From contig NW_020843834.1 in assembly GCF_003704095.1 (NCBI RefSeq), positions 992,001 to 1,056,000 of the forward strand: DNA of 64,000 nt. Direction: 5' to 3'. Under the pieces are notes generated by a model. The model was given only the letters and a program-made list of their open reading frames with translations, ran no database searches and was not told the origin of the DNA. This document shows positions 46,664 to 58,700 of this stretch, in pieces. The first letter of the stretch is position 1; the number at the start of each line of letters is the position of its first letter. The position numbers and the translations under genes are program-made. This stretch comes from Pocillopora damicornis (Eukaryota).

Positions 46664-49600
46664 TTAAACGTATAATTTTGTTATCGCAATAAGTGAAAAC
46701 ACCAAACCAAAACCGCCCGACAGTACCCCCACACAGACGATGAGTAAGTCGATGACGTAACGACTGGTACTGATCTGCTCGAGGTGAAGCATAATGTCGA
46801 AAAGACAGGGGAAAACCAAAGTAAGTAGGACACCTGATATGCTACCAATTACCGCCATTAGCAAGGAGAACTGTGGAAGGAGCACAGCAACCATTACAGT
46901 AAATACCACAAAGACAGATCGCAGCGAGTAAATCATAACGCGTTCCTTGATGGACAATGGATGCTTCTCGTCGGGAAAGCATGGAGGGATACACGAAATC
47001 TGCGCTTTGTGTATAATTGTAATGAGGGTTAACAGGGGTAGGGCATACGAGAACAGACCGTTGAACCCCAGGAGGGCGTTGGCTGTATTCTGGAGAGCCC
47101 CTGGTGGGAGATTTTCAGAGATTTCTTGCTGGGTTTGTCCTTTGAAGGTTAAAACTGCTATGAAACCGTAAATTAGTTTGGTCACAGCCGAAGCAAAGAA
47201 AGAGTAGTTCATTATACTATTAAACTCTTCTGGTTTTTCCATGGTTTCTTCGATGCCTGGCAGATAAGGATGACACACGAAGCTGAACAGGATAATTCCC
47301 CATGCTACGGGAAATCCCTCTAGCGTTGTCACGCCGAGGTTGAAATCCCATTCATAACGCTGTGTCACGCCATACCCGATGACTGAGGAAAACACCATAA
47401 CAAGAGCGACAACACTGAACATGCTGAGCCAAGAGACGTGTTTAAGATGATTCAGGAAGACTGACGGGAGCAGAAGAACACCCGCAATGACGGTCCACAA
47501 GGAATACGAGAGGGCATGGTGCTCAAACAAGTCGTTGAAAAAGTCGGCGACGAGAAGCAGGTAAAGGACGCATGCGCAAGCGAGTTGCATCACCTGAGCG
47601 CCGCATACTACAGCACTACCATACTTTTTCCAACATGCTTGACCTAAAATCAGAAGTATATTAAATAATAATGAAGTATATAAAGTAATAATGTTATTGT
47701 AATTACTCACAATATCATTAACATGATACTCTTTAGTAATATTATTAAGACTGTGTGCTCTACAATCAAACGAGTGATTAACAAAATCGGAAGACCACAG
47801 AGCGGGAGTTTGATTTGTTAAATACAAGTACGATTACAAATAGAATTGAACGACTAGAAGTCCTGATACCCATTAATGAAAACTATAATGAAATCTGAAT
47901 TGGTTATACGTTTTCATAAAAGGAAACTGTTAACTCGGCGAATGTGCGACGGCAGCGCCCGCGCGTGACGCGTTTTGTCTAATTACATTGTTCAATGACA
48001 AACATGATGCGCACACGGTCCTATTAGTGCCAAAAACGTGTACGCGTGTGTGCGCATTTCGGCGAGTTAACTGTTGTTTTTCATGAAGACGTCCGACCAA
48101 TGGCAAGTTTGGCTCTCAAATTTTGTTATAGTTATGTATATTTGGTGACAGAACTTCGTGTTGTCCAACTTTACAACCTGGATAATAACAATGTTAGTGA
48201 TGATGCTAATGATGACATCAACAGCAACAACATTTTCACATCCGCAGTTCACGTATACGATTTTCATGTAATCACAGTCATTGATTCACCACTTCACGGG
48301 TTTATTTGGAACCAAAATAACAACGAGCTCTCGGTTGGCTTGTTAACTCAGTCGGTAAAGCACTGCACCGGTATCGCAGAGGTCATGGGTTCAAATCCCG
48401 TACAGACCTGAATTTTCTTCAGGCCTTATTTTCACCACTACGTAAGTGGTGATCATGGCTATGAATATCGCCTTCATATTCAACATTTTCACAACAACAA
48501 ATTAAACAAATACGATCAACATGACTGCAGTGGGTATTTCTACATCGTTGCACCTTACCTATCAAAGCGTAACTGTTCCTCGTTCGAACTCCTCGTGCAC
48601 CTTGACCATTGAACGGCTTTTCGTACAAACACTCTATGATAAGTTTCCCTGTGTAGTTAGTGATTACTGAGATGATAACAATGGCCACCAGAGACATGTA
48701 CCCCCCCTGCATAACAGCAAATGGGACGCCAAGGGTTCCCGTTCCTGATGGTTGAAAATAATTCAAATAAACTCAACTGTACAGCAAATAGTACCAGCAG
48801 TTTCATTTAAAACCTGCTATCGGATTGCCAGTGAGAGCTTTTAGCTTAATTGCTCCGGTGATTGTAGAGATACGCACGCTGCTAATGGTCTGGGATTGCG
48901 TCAAATTTCGCCAAAATCACCTCGCGCAAGGTGACTATCATCTGAAGCGCTAGATTTCAAAATGGCTGCCTCGCGTTTTGTCAATGGTAACGAGGAAGAG
49001 TTAATTCAATCGGCAAAACTCCATTCATTTCTTTTGAAAAGTGTTATGCCAAACTTAGTAGTATTTTCTAGACTCTTGGCAATAGAATTTCCTTCTGACG
49101 CGTTTATATAAACCTTTTAAATTTTAGTGGAGACTGGCTGCCTATCTCGATACGAGTAATTAAAACAATTGTAACAGAATAGTATCAACAACAGAGCGAA
49201 TTCAAAGCAGTATTTGAAAGCACCTGAGGAATTATATCTAAATAATGAATCGCCTCAGGGTCAGTGAACATGAATTGTTGAATAATCCCATCAACTTCGT
49301 CTCGGGAATTATTCAACAATATTCACTTCGCCTTCGGCGAATAACTGTTGAATTATTCCTGCTTGGTATTTCTTCAATGATTTTCTTCGTTGTCGCTTTT
49401 TATGCACAACGGAAATTAATCCAGTCCACCCCCGATATCGAGTATTACTAGTTGATGGTAGGAAGCCAAATATATCGATCTGTTGTTTTATTTTTCCGTT
49501 CAGCTGTGACCTCGTTTTTGTGCTCTTCTTTCTTAAGGCGATGTCTCAGTGGCAAAGAATCTTCCATTATTGAGATCATGTCTTTGAATTATTTAAGTCT

Positions 49601-51608
49601 TGGTGAATTTAACAAAAGGTGTTTTTCTTAAGGGCGAAATTTGAAATCCGATCTAGCAACGCTGAAGATATTGAAGATCTTAAAGAGAATTTGTTTTTTA
49701 AATTTTACGATCACTGAATGGGAGTTTGCTAAAAAAAAAAGACACTTTCTAATTTTGTTAGGGTAACTTTCTCCACAGTATAGGGAAGAAATTTAACGAG
49801 AAATTTTCCGAAATACTGAAATCAAAAGTAGTTTGTAAAACATCATATTTAAATTTAGTTGGGTAACGTTCGCCAGGAAAAATTTATCTTTGACTTAATT
49901 AGTTTTGTGACTTTAATTAAACCATTCAGCTCCTGAGATCTTTTGGACTTGAGAACAGCAAGGTTTTTATCAAGTTTTATTTTTTTGTTTGCCTTTTATT
50001 TGTTACTGGATGGCTCACACTGTTGTTTTCATGTGAAATTTTGTGATCGCAGCTGTGAAATTCAGTCAAAAGGAAAAAACAAACGTGGTTAATTTTTTAT
50101 GATCTGAAGCCTTCGAATTTAGAAAGGATAAACATTGCTTTTAATTAATAGTGGACAGGTATTCAGTAATATTTAATTGATTTACCACGAAATTGTTTTT
50201 CTTTAATGTAGTGATGAACACCCACGCTAATAAAAAAATCGCTTTTTTTTTCTTAGCTATCGGAAACAACCCTTTGCTCTTCAAACCCGCCTTTGTACAA
50301 TTATCCATAACACCTTAATTATTTATGTGTTTCTTCGATAAGAATAAAAGAAATTGAGTTAGCTTTTAAATGAAGAAAACCATCTCATTGAAATGTTTTG
50401 ATTTCAACACAGGAACTGAGTCGTCAATTGAAAAAAAAAAAAGATTTTTAAATCGGCGCTGGTTCATATCAGAAAGACAAGATAGGAACGGAAAATTTGT
50501 AAAGAATCTTACAATGATGAATCTACGTCGGAATTTCCTTCAGCTCGGAAGGGAGCTAAAAGGCAAATTTCTGAGCTACTTTTGAATTTTAGTTTCGGAG
50601 CCTAAAAAAATTACTCGTTACATTGCTGCTGTCTTTGACTTTGTATGGAAGTGAATTTCAATTTTTGGATGAATAAAAAAACGTGATATCCTAAATAATG
50701 AAAGATAGAAGCCTAAAAAGGGAAATGTTTTCCAGTCTTAAAAAGTTGGCGAATGTCTCCCAGAACAAATTTTATATTTTTAGTTTGCGATAATCCATCG
50801 AGTAATCGGTACATTTATAACAGATACAGAAGAACGAGTTATTTTAAAACCGGAGAAAACCAGTCATAGCTCCAAATCTGAGAGCAAACTAATTTCTATA
50901 CATTTATTTAGATAATCAGAACTTTTTCATCTTACACAATTTTGATTTTAAACAATTTTTATCAAAAACAAGCCAATCATCCAGTTTTTCCATCGGCTAA
51001 GATAATAAGAAATTAGATCAGAATTTAGTTCAGTTCAAACAAGTGAATTGGAAAGAAGTTCTTCCATTTTCCCAACAATGGTTTGGATTAAAATTCACTC
51101 GGTCGAGACTTTAAAATATATCATTCAGCATACATACCATCGTAGACATGTTGCATAGATAAAAAAAACTATGTTTTTCGATCGAGAATATCCGGCGGCA
51201 AAAAAATCAATAATTTGATGCATGGAACATTTGCCACAGGGGAGAGGCTGACCGCGATTAAAATTCTGGTGAAAAATAACGATGAAGCCATTTCCTTCCC
51301 CCATTAATATCAGCTTTTCTTCGACCGGAGAATTGGGAGAACAATTGTAAGACATCATAATTCTGAAACTTACCTTGTATTAAGTTTAATACATTCCAGG
51401 CTGCTTGTAGAGCCGAAGTATTTTTTGAAGACTCCTTTTCGTTAGCTTTGGTCATTTCCTCGCTCGGGTAAACTATTTCATCCTCATCGCTTTCTCCTTG
51501 ATTTTCAACGTGAAGATACTCCCTGCTCTCGTGGCGTTCTCTATTTCTTCCGCCAAACAAAGGCGAAGGCAAATGATTCTTCAAGAAATCTCTAATAGCT
51601 TGAGCCAT
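46664..51608 (-). CDS. Vesicular inhibitory amino acid transporter-like protein (SLC32/AAAP family)
   Basis: Exons 51608-51374 (...SALQAAWNVLNLIQG), 48744-48559 (TGTLGVPFAVMQGGY...NYTGKLIIECLYE...RTRNSYALIG), 47643-46664 (multi-pass; GIILFSFVCHPYLPGIEETM). Motifs match VGAT/SLC32A1. The exact orthologue among SLC32 paralogues is unknown. Confidence 0.9.
48238..48482 (+). mobile_element. tRNA-derived SINE
   Basis: taactcagtcggtaaagcactgcaccggtatcgcagaggtcatgggttcaaatcccg with A and B boxes, a non-tRNA 5' extension and a 3' tail. Related fragment at 24070-24375 (-). Confidence 0.75.
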
Positions 51609-53432
51609 TGCGGCGAGTGTGATGTCGAAGAGATTTATCGAAATACCTCAGGTCGTTCGTGGTCTTTCTTCAATAATGCATTCACAACTGTGCATGCGTT
51701 GCGTTCTGGATTCAGTGCCAGAGGTCTGGTGTCTTGGGTCTCTCCAACACACTAGTCTATTAATTTATAATGAGGTTAACACACGCAATTTAAGCCTCCG
51801 TATTTTTAATTCTGTCTTGCATGCTGTTAAGACTTTCCTAAACAATATCTTCTAGGGAAGATCTTGGGGTAAGAACTATGATTAGAAATGGCTTCTTGTC
51901 CACAAAAACGCTGGTTTTATTTGGTTCTTCGCTTGCTTTCGAATTGGCCTGTGGATTAACGAGAGCATAATTTGCATTTACTCCCCAGGGATAATGTCCC
52001 AGTGGATTCCCTCTATCAGCACTCTTCACGTCTGTCTTACAACGGAACAGTTTGGGCGCAGTAATTGCCAGAAAACATTTCCACATTTTCAGACTAACCT
52101 ATGACACTAGTTTTTTTTGCATAAATATTTAGCTTAGCATATGTACAAACCAGTTCGGCTGGAAGAAAAATGGAAAAGTAGAAAAAATGGAAAATAATGA
52201 TAAAAATAATAATGAAAAGTGTATACACAGCGTATAAAGTTAAAAATGGTCTGGCGCCTCCTTAAATTACAGCCTTATTGTTGTTACCGATTCTCAGCAT
52301 CGCCTCAAAAAATCTTATTTCGCCATACCCAGATGTAATTTCCTACTGTTGCCTATACATGACAAACATTGCCTGACTTATTTACGCCCTGTCATTAAGT
52401 CCGAACTCGACAAATCTATTCGATCGTCTGAAACATTAGACACTTTTAATAAGCGTATCAAAATGGTTAATTTCAAAAGTAGTGTGAAACTAGAATGCAG
52501 CCTCTCTTTGGGGAAAAGTATGGGCAGCCGTCACCGCTAAAAAAAATACAGGCATAATGAATGGTTTGTACTAAACAGAAATGGTCTAATTGTCTTTTGA
52601 AGAACGGCTTCTTTTATTTCAAGAGATTTATTTCAAATACGAATGGACAAGTCGCCTTTGGTGAAATGAAATATTCAAACAAAAAATGGTTTATAGAATT
52701 CAGAAACTGTGTAGCCACCCTTAATTGTTGAACTGATTCAGTAAAAACACGATTGGCGAATTGTTAACTGAAATGGTTCAGTGTCGAAATGACAAACAGT
52801 TCAGCTAACTGTGTAACCGCATCCCCAAGGGTAACATGAAACATGAACTTAACCAAACCCAAGCCATTTACCCTCCGTAAGGCCCCAAACCCAAGGTGTG
52901 TGTAGCCACGGCTGATATAAAATATAATTAGCATGCTCTTGCATTTCATTTCGTGCGATGGTTGATTTTACAACGGACCAGGGAGAGTAAGATTTCAGGG
53001 GGAGGTGGAGGTTTTGTTCGATTCTCGTATTTCATGTACGTGACATGTTGTCGTCTCGCCTTTGACATTTATGCCTTGTTTTAGATGGTTTTAGATTGTT
53101 TGCGAGTGGCTGTGGATGTTTTTTTAGGTGGTTGTAGGTGGTTGTTGAACAAGGTAGTTACTAAAACAAGGAATGACCTAAAATGACCTAAGATGGCCTA
53201 AAATGACCTAAAATGACCTAAAATGACCTAAAATGACCTAAAATGACCTATAATGACCTATAATGACCTAAAACGACTCAACATGACCTAAAATGACCTT
53301 GCTTAATTTCTAAAATGTCCTTAAACGACTTGAGTTTGCAGACTGGATCACGGACCGGATCACGGATTGGATCACGGATCGGATCATGGATTGGATCACG
53401 GATCGGATCACGGATCATGGATCGGATCATGT

Positions 53433-54670
53433 CTAGCCTGCAGGGTAGGCGTCTTGTTAGTGCGAGCTAACGCTAAAAGCTAGCGATCGTTTGTTCGACC
53501 GGCCATTTTTGATTTGCAGTTAGAATGGACGGTGGGGGTAGGGGGCGGGGGAAGGGAGAAAAGACGCCTGCCCGAAGAGGCTGTTAAAATGCCATACGCC
53601 GCCTGATTAGTTGCGCTTCACTGCATTTCCGGAAACAAGAAGGTAACCAATAAAAATGAGTTTACTTAAAAGCCTTTGACAATGACTTCCGGCAAAAACA
53701 AACACACGTGGAGCCGAGCCGTCAAATCTAGCTACATAATGCGTAATGTCCGATAAGAGTGCAAGTGACAACTGTAGGCTTTGTGGAGTTTCCTTCAAAA
53801 TTCAGTTCGGAAATCTCCCCAAGCAAAGGCACTCTTCATCAGAAAATATTTTCAAACCTTCGAAACGGAAGGAGTGTTTTGTAGTTGTTTTGAGCGAAAT
53901 TTTTCGTCAAGTTGGATTTTCCTTGGTGCAAGATAGCTCGAGATTTTCAGATCGTGTTTGCAACCCATGTGGCCGTAAGATTCTAAAATTTAGGCCAATT
54001 GTACCACTTTGTCAAGAACGCGACTGCAACGAAGTCTACTCCAGTGAAAACTAGCAAAAGAAACCTTGACACGCCAGATAAAGCTAGTCCACCGTGGAGG
54101 AAATCAAAATCTGTACGTGTTAGTTCTCCAATTGGCAAGACTCCGTTGAGGGAAGTTCCTCCTCTCACGCGATCGAAAAAGTCTCTCGTCTTTGAAAACG
54201 CTGTGAATACCTTGTCTGCCTTGTTGGTACAGGAAAACGAGATGTTTAGTCATATGAATGTGGAAGATCTTTTAAACGATGGTATAAAAATCGTGTTTAT
54301 GAATCCGTCTAGAAACGTGACTGTGAGAATTCCCAGAGATTCCCTAACAAAAACATTGATGAAGAACATTGCTACTTAACAATGGAGAGAAGCGATTAAT
54401 GCGCTTTTAAGGCACGAAGAAATTAAGCCTGAACTATATAAGGGAATCTCCAAGCTAGTGTCGCTCGAGTTTAACGAATACTTGAATTACTTGTAATCTT
54501 CACTCCCCTGCCCCCACCCCTCTCCTTATTTTTGACCGTCGACCGCCCCCTTGGTGTAAATTTTTACTCTCCCCAGCCTTCTGCCATTAAAATCAAAGAT
54601 GGCGGCCATAATCTTCGTTATGAAATTACTTAACACTCACTCGCCAAAATTAAGCCTGCTCTGCAAGCTA
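53433..54670. mobile_element. Inner element with TAGCCTGC...GCAAGCTA termini carrying a decayed ORF
   Basis: Ends tagcctgcagggtaggc / gcctgctctgcaagcta; subterminal ggccattttt / aagatggcggcc and G-run/C-run mirrors. Confidence 0.75.
53746..54496 (+). pseudogene. Degraded transposon-borne ORF with an N-terminal zf-AD (ZAD)-like CxxC...CxxC domain
   Basis: CRLC-x58-CNPC. A frameshift in the A-run near 53985-53988 joins it to the 53999 ORF. An in-frame TAA at 54377-54379 is followed by more coding-like sequence (QWREAINALLRHEEIKPEL...) to 54496. Confidence 0.65.
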
Positions 54671-55707
54671 GCACATGTAAAATAAAATTAGAAATTTTTC
54701 GCGACAAGCCAAAAACAAAAGTCTGCGTTTCATTTTAAAAACACTCGAGGTCATTTTAGATCATTTTGGGTCATTTTAGGTCGTTTTAGGTCATTTCAGG
54801 TCATTCCTTGTTTTAGTAACTACCAATTCTTGAGGTGGTTGTAGGTGGTTTTAGGAGGTTTTAGGTGGTTTTAGGTCGTTTCATGTTTTAGCACTTACGA
54901 GACAATTAGACCATTCCTTTTTTTTACAAACCATTTATTATGCCTGTATTTTTGGCGGTGACGGCCGCCCATACAAGAAGCGATCTCAAGTCTGAAGTCT
55001 AAACATAATTCTGCCTCAGAACTATGAATTTCACCATCCCTGAAGTCTGGTTCGCCTTTTGTCATCATCGGCAGTTCAGAGTCAATATACACAAGCAACA
55101 ACAGGTGCAAACGAAACTACAGAGCAACGAAGTGCTTACAAACAACGTTACAGCTGAACACAGCACGGCACAACTACGAATACGAGGTGGTACAACAGCA
55201 TTACACTAAATTTCTGCAACACAACAAAACACGCCACAAAACACAACATAACGGCTATTTAAACGCGAGCACTTCTCAGTTTGAAAACTTTAGAAACACG
55301 TGGAGGTTAAGGAAAAATCCTCCATTCAGAAAAAGTTGTCTTCACAATGCTTCTAGCGCTTAAAGTGTTAGCCACATACATCCTCGTTCACTGACTCTAA
55401 CAACACGTAGGTAATAGAGCGCATGAACTCTTCCTAAAGCCGCTGTCCGATAAGAATGCACTAACTATCTTCTAGACTTCCTTGATATCTTTCGATCCCA
55501 GTGTCTTTGCATCATTGAAAATGGCGTCCTCTTCATGTTCCTTAGTTGTTTTGTTCTGCTTTCATGGCTAGGGACAAACCTGTCCATCTTTCGTAATTAA
55601 ATCTGATGGCAATGTTAGACTTCGAGAAAAAATGGTTTTATATTTTATCGTGGAAAGCTTTGATTCATTAGTAGTTTAAACGGGACGATCTGTTTTGATC
55701 TGTTGTC

Positions 55708-58700
55708 ATGGAACACTGCGGACAGTACACGATCCTTGGAAACATTGGCGAGGGAGCTCATGGAATTGTTTTCAAAGCTAAGCACATTGAGGTAAATATT
55801 TCTCTAGCATACACAGTGCAGGCTTAATTCTCTGAGTTTTATTACATGAGTAATCTGTCTCGATCTGCATTTATTCGACTTAAGGTTAGTTATATCCGAC
55901 TGTCAGGCAGATCACTGTGTGAATGTGCTGGCATTTTAGCCAGACAAGCTTCAAAAAATAAAAGTAACTATATGATGGCTGGCAATGAAGAGCTTAATGA
56001 AAAATTTTCAACTCGTTCGAGACTGGAATCTTAGTACTGTGAAATGAAATGTCAAAGCACAGAAGCCCCATTAATAGATCACACATGATCGTTGGCATCA
56101 CATGAACTGTAGATTTTATCATCATATGGCATGTTAAAAAAATAACTTAAAATGTTCATCCAGGTTTTTCTGTAGTAGATAACTGTAAGTTGATTTTTCT
56201 TCCTAGTCTCTTCATAATTTATTCGTGTGGTAATTCATTTTTCATTTTTACAGAGTGGCGAAGTTGTTGCTTTAAAGAAAGTTCCATTGAGAAAGATTGA
56301 GGACGGAATACCAAATACTGCATTGAGGTTTCATAGTCTTATTTGGCCTGTTGCTATTATTTTTGCATAGATTTAGAAGCTGTTATTTGTTTTCTGGTTG
56401 CAATAGCAATTTGACAGCAGAGATTTCCCCACAGCCCCATATTTCTGTAAAACAAAGTCATAGCCCCAAATGCAATCTATATTATTACTACTATTTTCTT
56501 AATCAAAACTATAATAAAATTATCGAACGTGATTAGCTATCACTAGCTTGATTTGAGCACCAATAGGATAGTGTACAGGGATGTAGCTAAAGTTTTTAAC
56601 AGGCAGGAATCTTGCAATTATAGGCAAGTATTTGGGCCGAAGGCCCACTCTAGCATCCCTTTGGCACGCTATACCTAGATTTGAAGGTGTAAACAAATGA
56701 AATAAATAAATAACAATCTTCTGACAACATTTAAAAACATTTTGGAGAGAAGAGTAGTGCTTCACAGCTGGAAAAATCGTGTTCACAGCTGGGTAATTTT
56801 CTCGGCTTCCGGCTATTATCTACATCCCTGGTGTATGCGTAATACTTGTAATTGGACAAAATAAGAGGACAGTTAAAAGATCAGTTAACTCCCAAGATCT
56901 CATTAGTAATTCTCATTACTTTGAACTTAGAGAAATTAAAGCATTACAAGAAATAGAAGACAACCAAAATGTAAGTATGTAGAGTTTACACATGCATTAA
57001 CCCATTAGTAATTCTCCTTACTGTCTGCCATACAGTTCTTGTGATGTTAGTTTGGAGAATTTGATATTGTATCAACTTTTAATCCCCTAACTGATATTTT
57101 TCTTTATTCTCATTACTTTTCTGCTTGATATTGTATCAGTATTGTAAGGAGAAATTCTGTCTTGGTCACTTGTGAGAGTTAAAGGGTTAATTATTATCAC
57201 CCATGAATCACCCATTAGGGTCACAATTCTTAAACAAATTCTCCTTGTCAGCACCGTAAGAAATTTATAGAGAACAGTATGGAGAATATACACAGATGTT
57301 AGGATATAGAGGGTTAACAGTTTGCCTGTAACCATAGATATTCTTGGTGGTATATGATGATGACTGAAATGTCTTGCCTGCAAGTGACCTCACTCAGGGT
57401 TTGGACCCAACCTTGATCATTCTGAGTAGAATACATGTCTGCATGAGATCTCCTCTTCTTCCTTGCAAATGCATGTAAATGGAATTTGGGAATGTATTTT
57501 ACAGTGTGCAAAGAAGTTACAGTTCTGTGATTGTATTTCTAACCTATTTCTTGGCTCTCCTTGATCAGGTTGTCAAGTTGATTGATGTGTTCCCTTATGG
57601 GACTGGATTTGTGTTGGTGTTTGAGTACATGCTCTCTGATCTGTCTGAAGTCCTGCGCAACTCTGCCAGACCCTTGACTGAGGTTTGTAGCAGAGATACT
57701 GTGCATTATATTAATTTTTCTAAACAGGGAGATGCAGTGATCTTACATTGGTAGTGGGTAGAATGCTGGAATGCACAAATGTAGCTATCCTTTAAAAGGT
57801 CTGGTTTAGGCTCAAACTATTTCATTTAGTTGTGCTTTTGGGTAAGTACATGAGACGCATTAAAGATGCTATTCTCAAAGTGTTACTTTCCACTTATGAG
57901 TACGAATCCATGGGTAACAGCAAATTAGAATGGACTTTAACTTAAGAAAGAGCAATGTAATCATGTGCTGCTCATAGTCATGTCATGCTATAGTAAACTG
58001 GATACACTGTGGCAGCAATGAGCTTGTAGGCCTACACATACACCTACTTGACTCTGCCTTAACTCCTCAATTCCCAAGATCTAATTGTTAATTCTCTCCT
58101 CTGGCCGCTATTCATTTCCTTATAAATTAGTTTAAAGAATTTAGTGTTAGATCAGATAACAACTTTTACTCAATAAGGAGATGGGACTAAATTTTGTGGA
58201 GCATTTACTGAAATCATCTGCAAGTAGGCTGACATGTACTGTATGTAATCCTTTTTTTTAGGCTCAGATCAAAAGCTACATGTTGATGTTGTTAAAAGGT
58301 GTAGTGTTTTGCCATGAGAACTCTATAATGCATAGGGTATGTACAGGAATCTATTACTATTGAGATACACATGAATGTAAAAAATGTTGACAGCTAAAAA
58401 GTATATGGGTCAAATCTTCATGCTAAGGCCCACTATTAATTGCACATGGTGAGTGATGGAAGCTATTCAAGTTTTCCTGCAAGAAAAAGATTATTATATC
58501 AAAAATATTCGCCATAAACAATGGGAAATTTTGAAGGTGTAGACTCTTACAGTTGCATTTTCCTGCATTTTAATGTCTATTCATATTTATGTGTCTTTGC
58601 TGTTGCCAAAAGTTGACCAATTTGATGAGAAATGCATGTATATGAGGACTGTACAATGATATTTGTGTAAAGACTACTAGCTGGTAGCCAGCACATTACT

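Larger units (their letters stand above)
53153..54824. mobile_element. Non-autonomous DNA transposon with a 27-bp TIR and subterminal 10-bp tandem arrays
   Basis: Left ggtagttactaaaacaaggaatgacct plus (aaatgaccta)n; right (taggtcattt)n plus aggtcattccttgttttagtaactacc. Internal (ggatcacggatc)n at 53341-53430. Flanked by AA on both sides. Confidence 0.85.

Noticed and set aside
48330-48410. tRNA-like sequence (also 19530-19600)
   Set aside because: A and B boxes are present, but there is no convincing acceptor stem or cloverleaf and no poly-T terminator. Both are embedded in multicopy SINE bodies.
31940-51608. Functional glycine cluster (AMT plus VGAT-like transporter)
   Set aside because: Separated by ING3, with different CpG profiles and no shared regulatory evidence; proximity is likely chance.
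53167-53430. Regular short repeats resembling a CRISPR array or iterons
   Set aside because: Contiguous 10-12-bp tandem units with no unique spacers, mirrored at the other end of a TIR element; eukaryotic context with no cas genes.
55702-55715. X-box-like GTTGTCATGGAAC over the CDK20 start codon
   Set aside because: Imperfect spacing, and partly explained by the ATG-GAA coding sequence.
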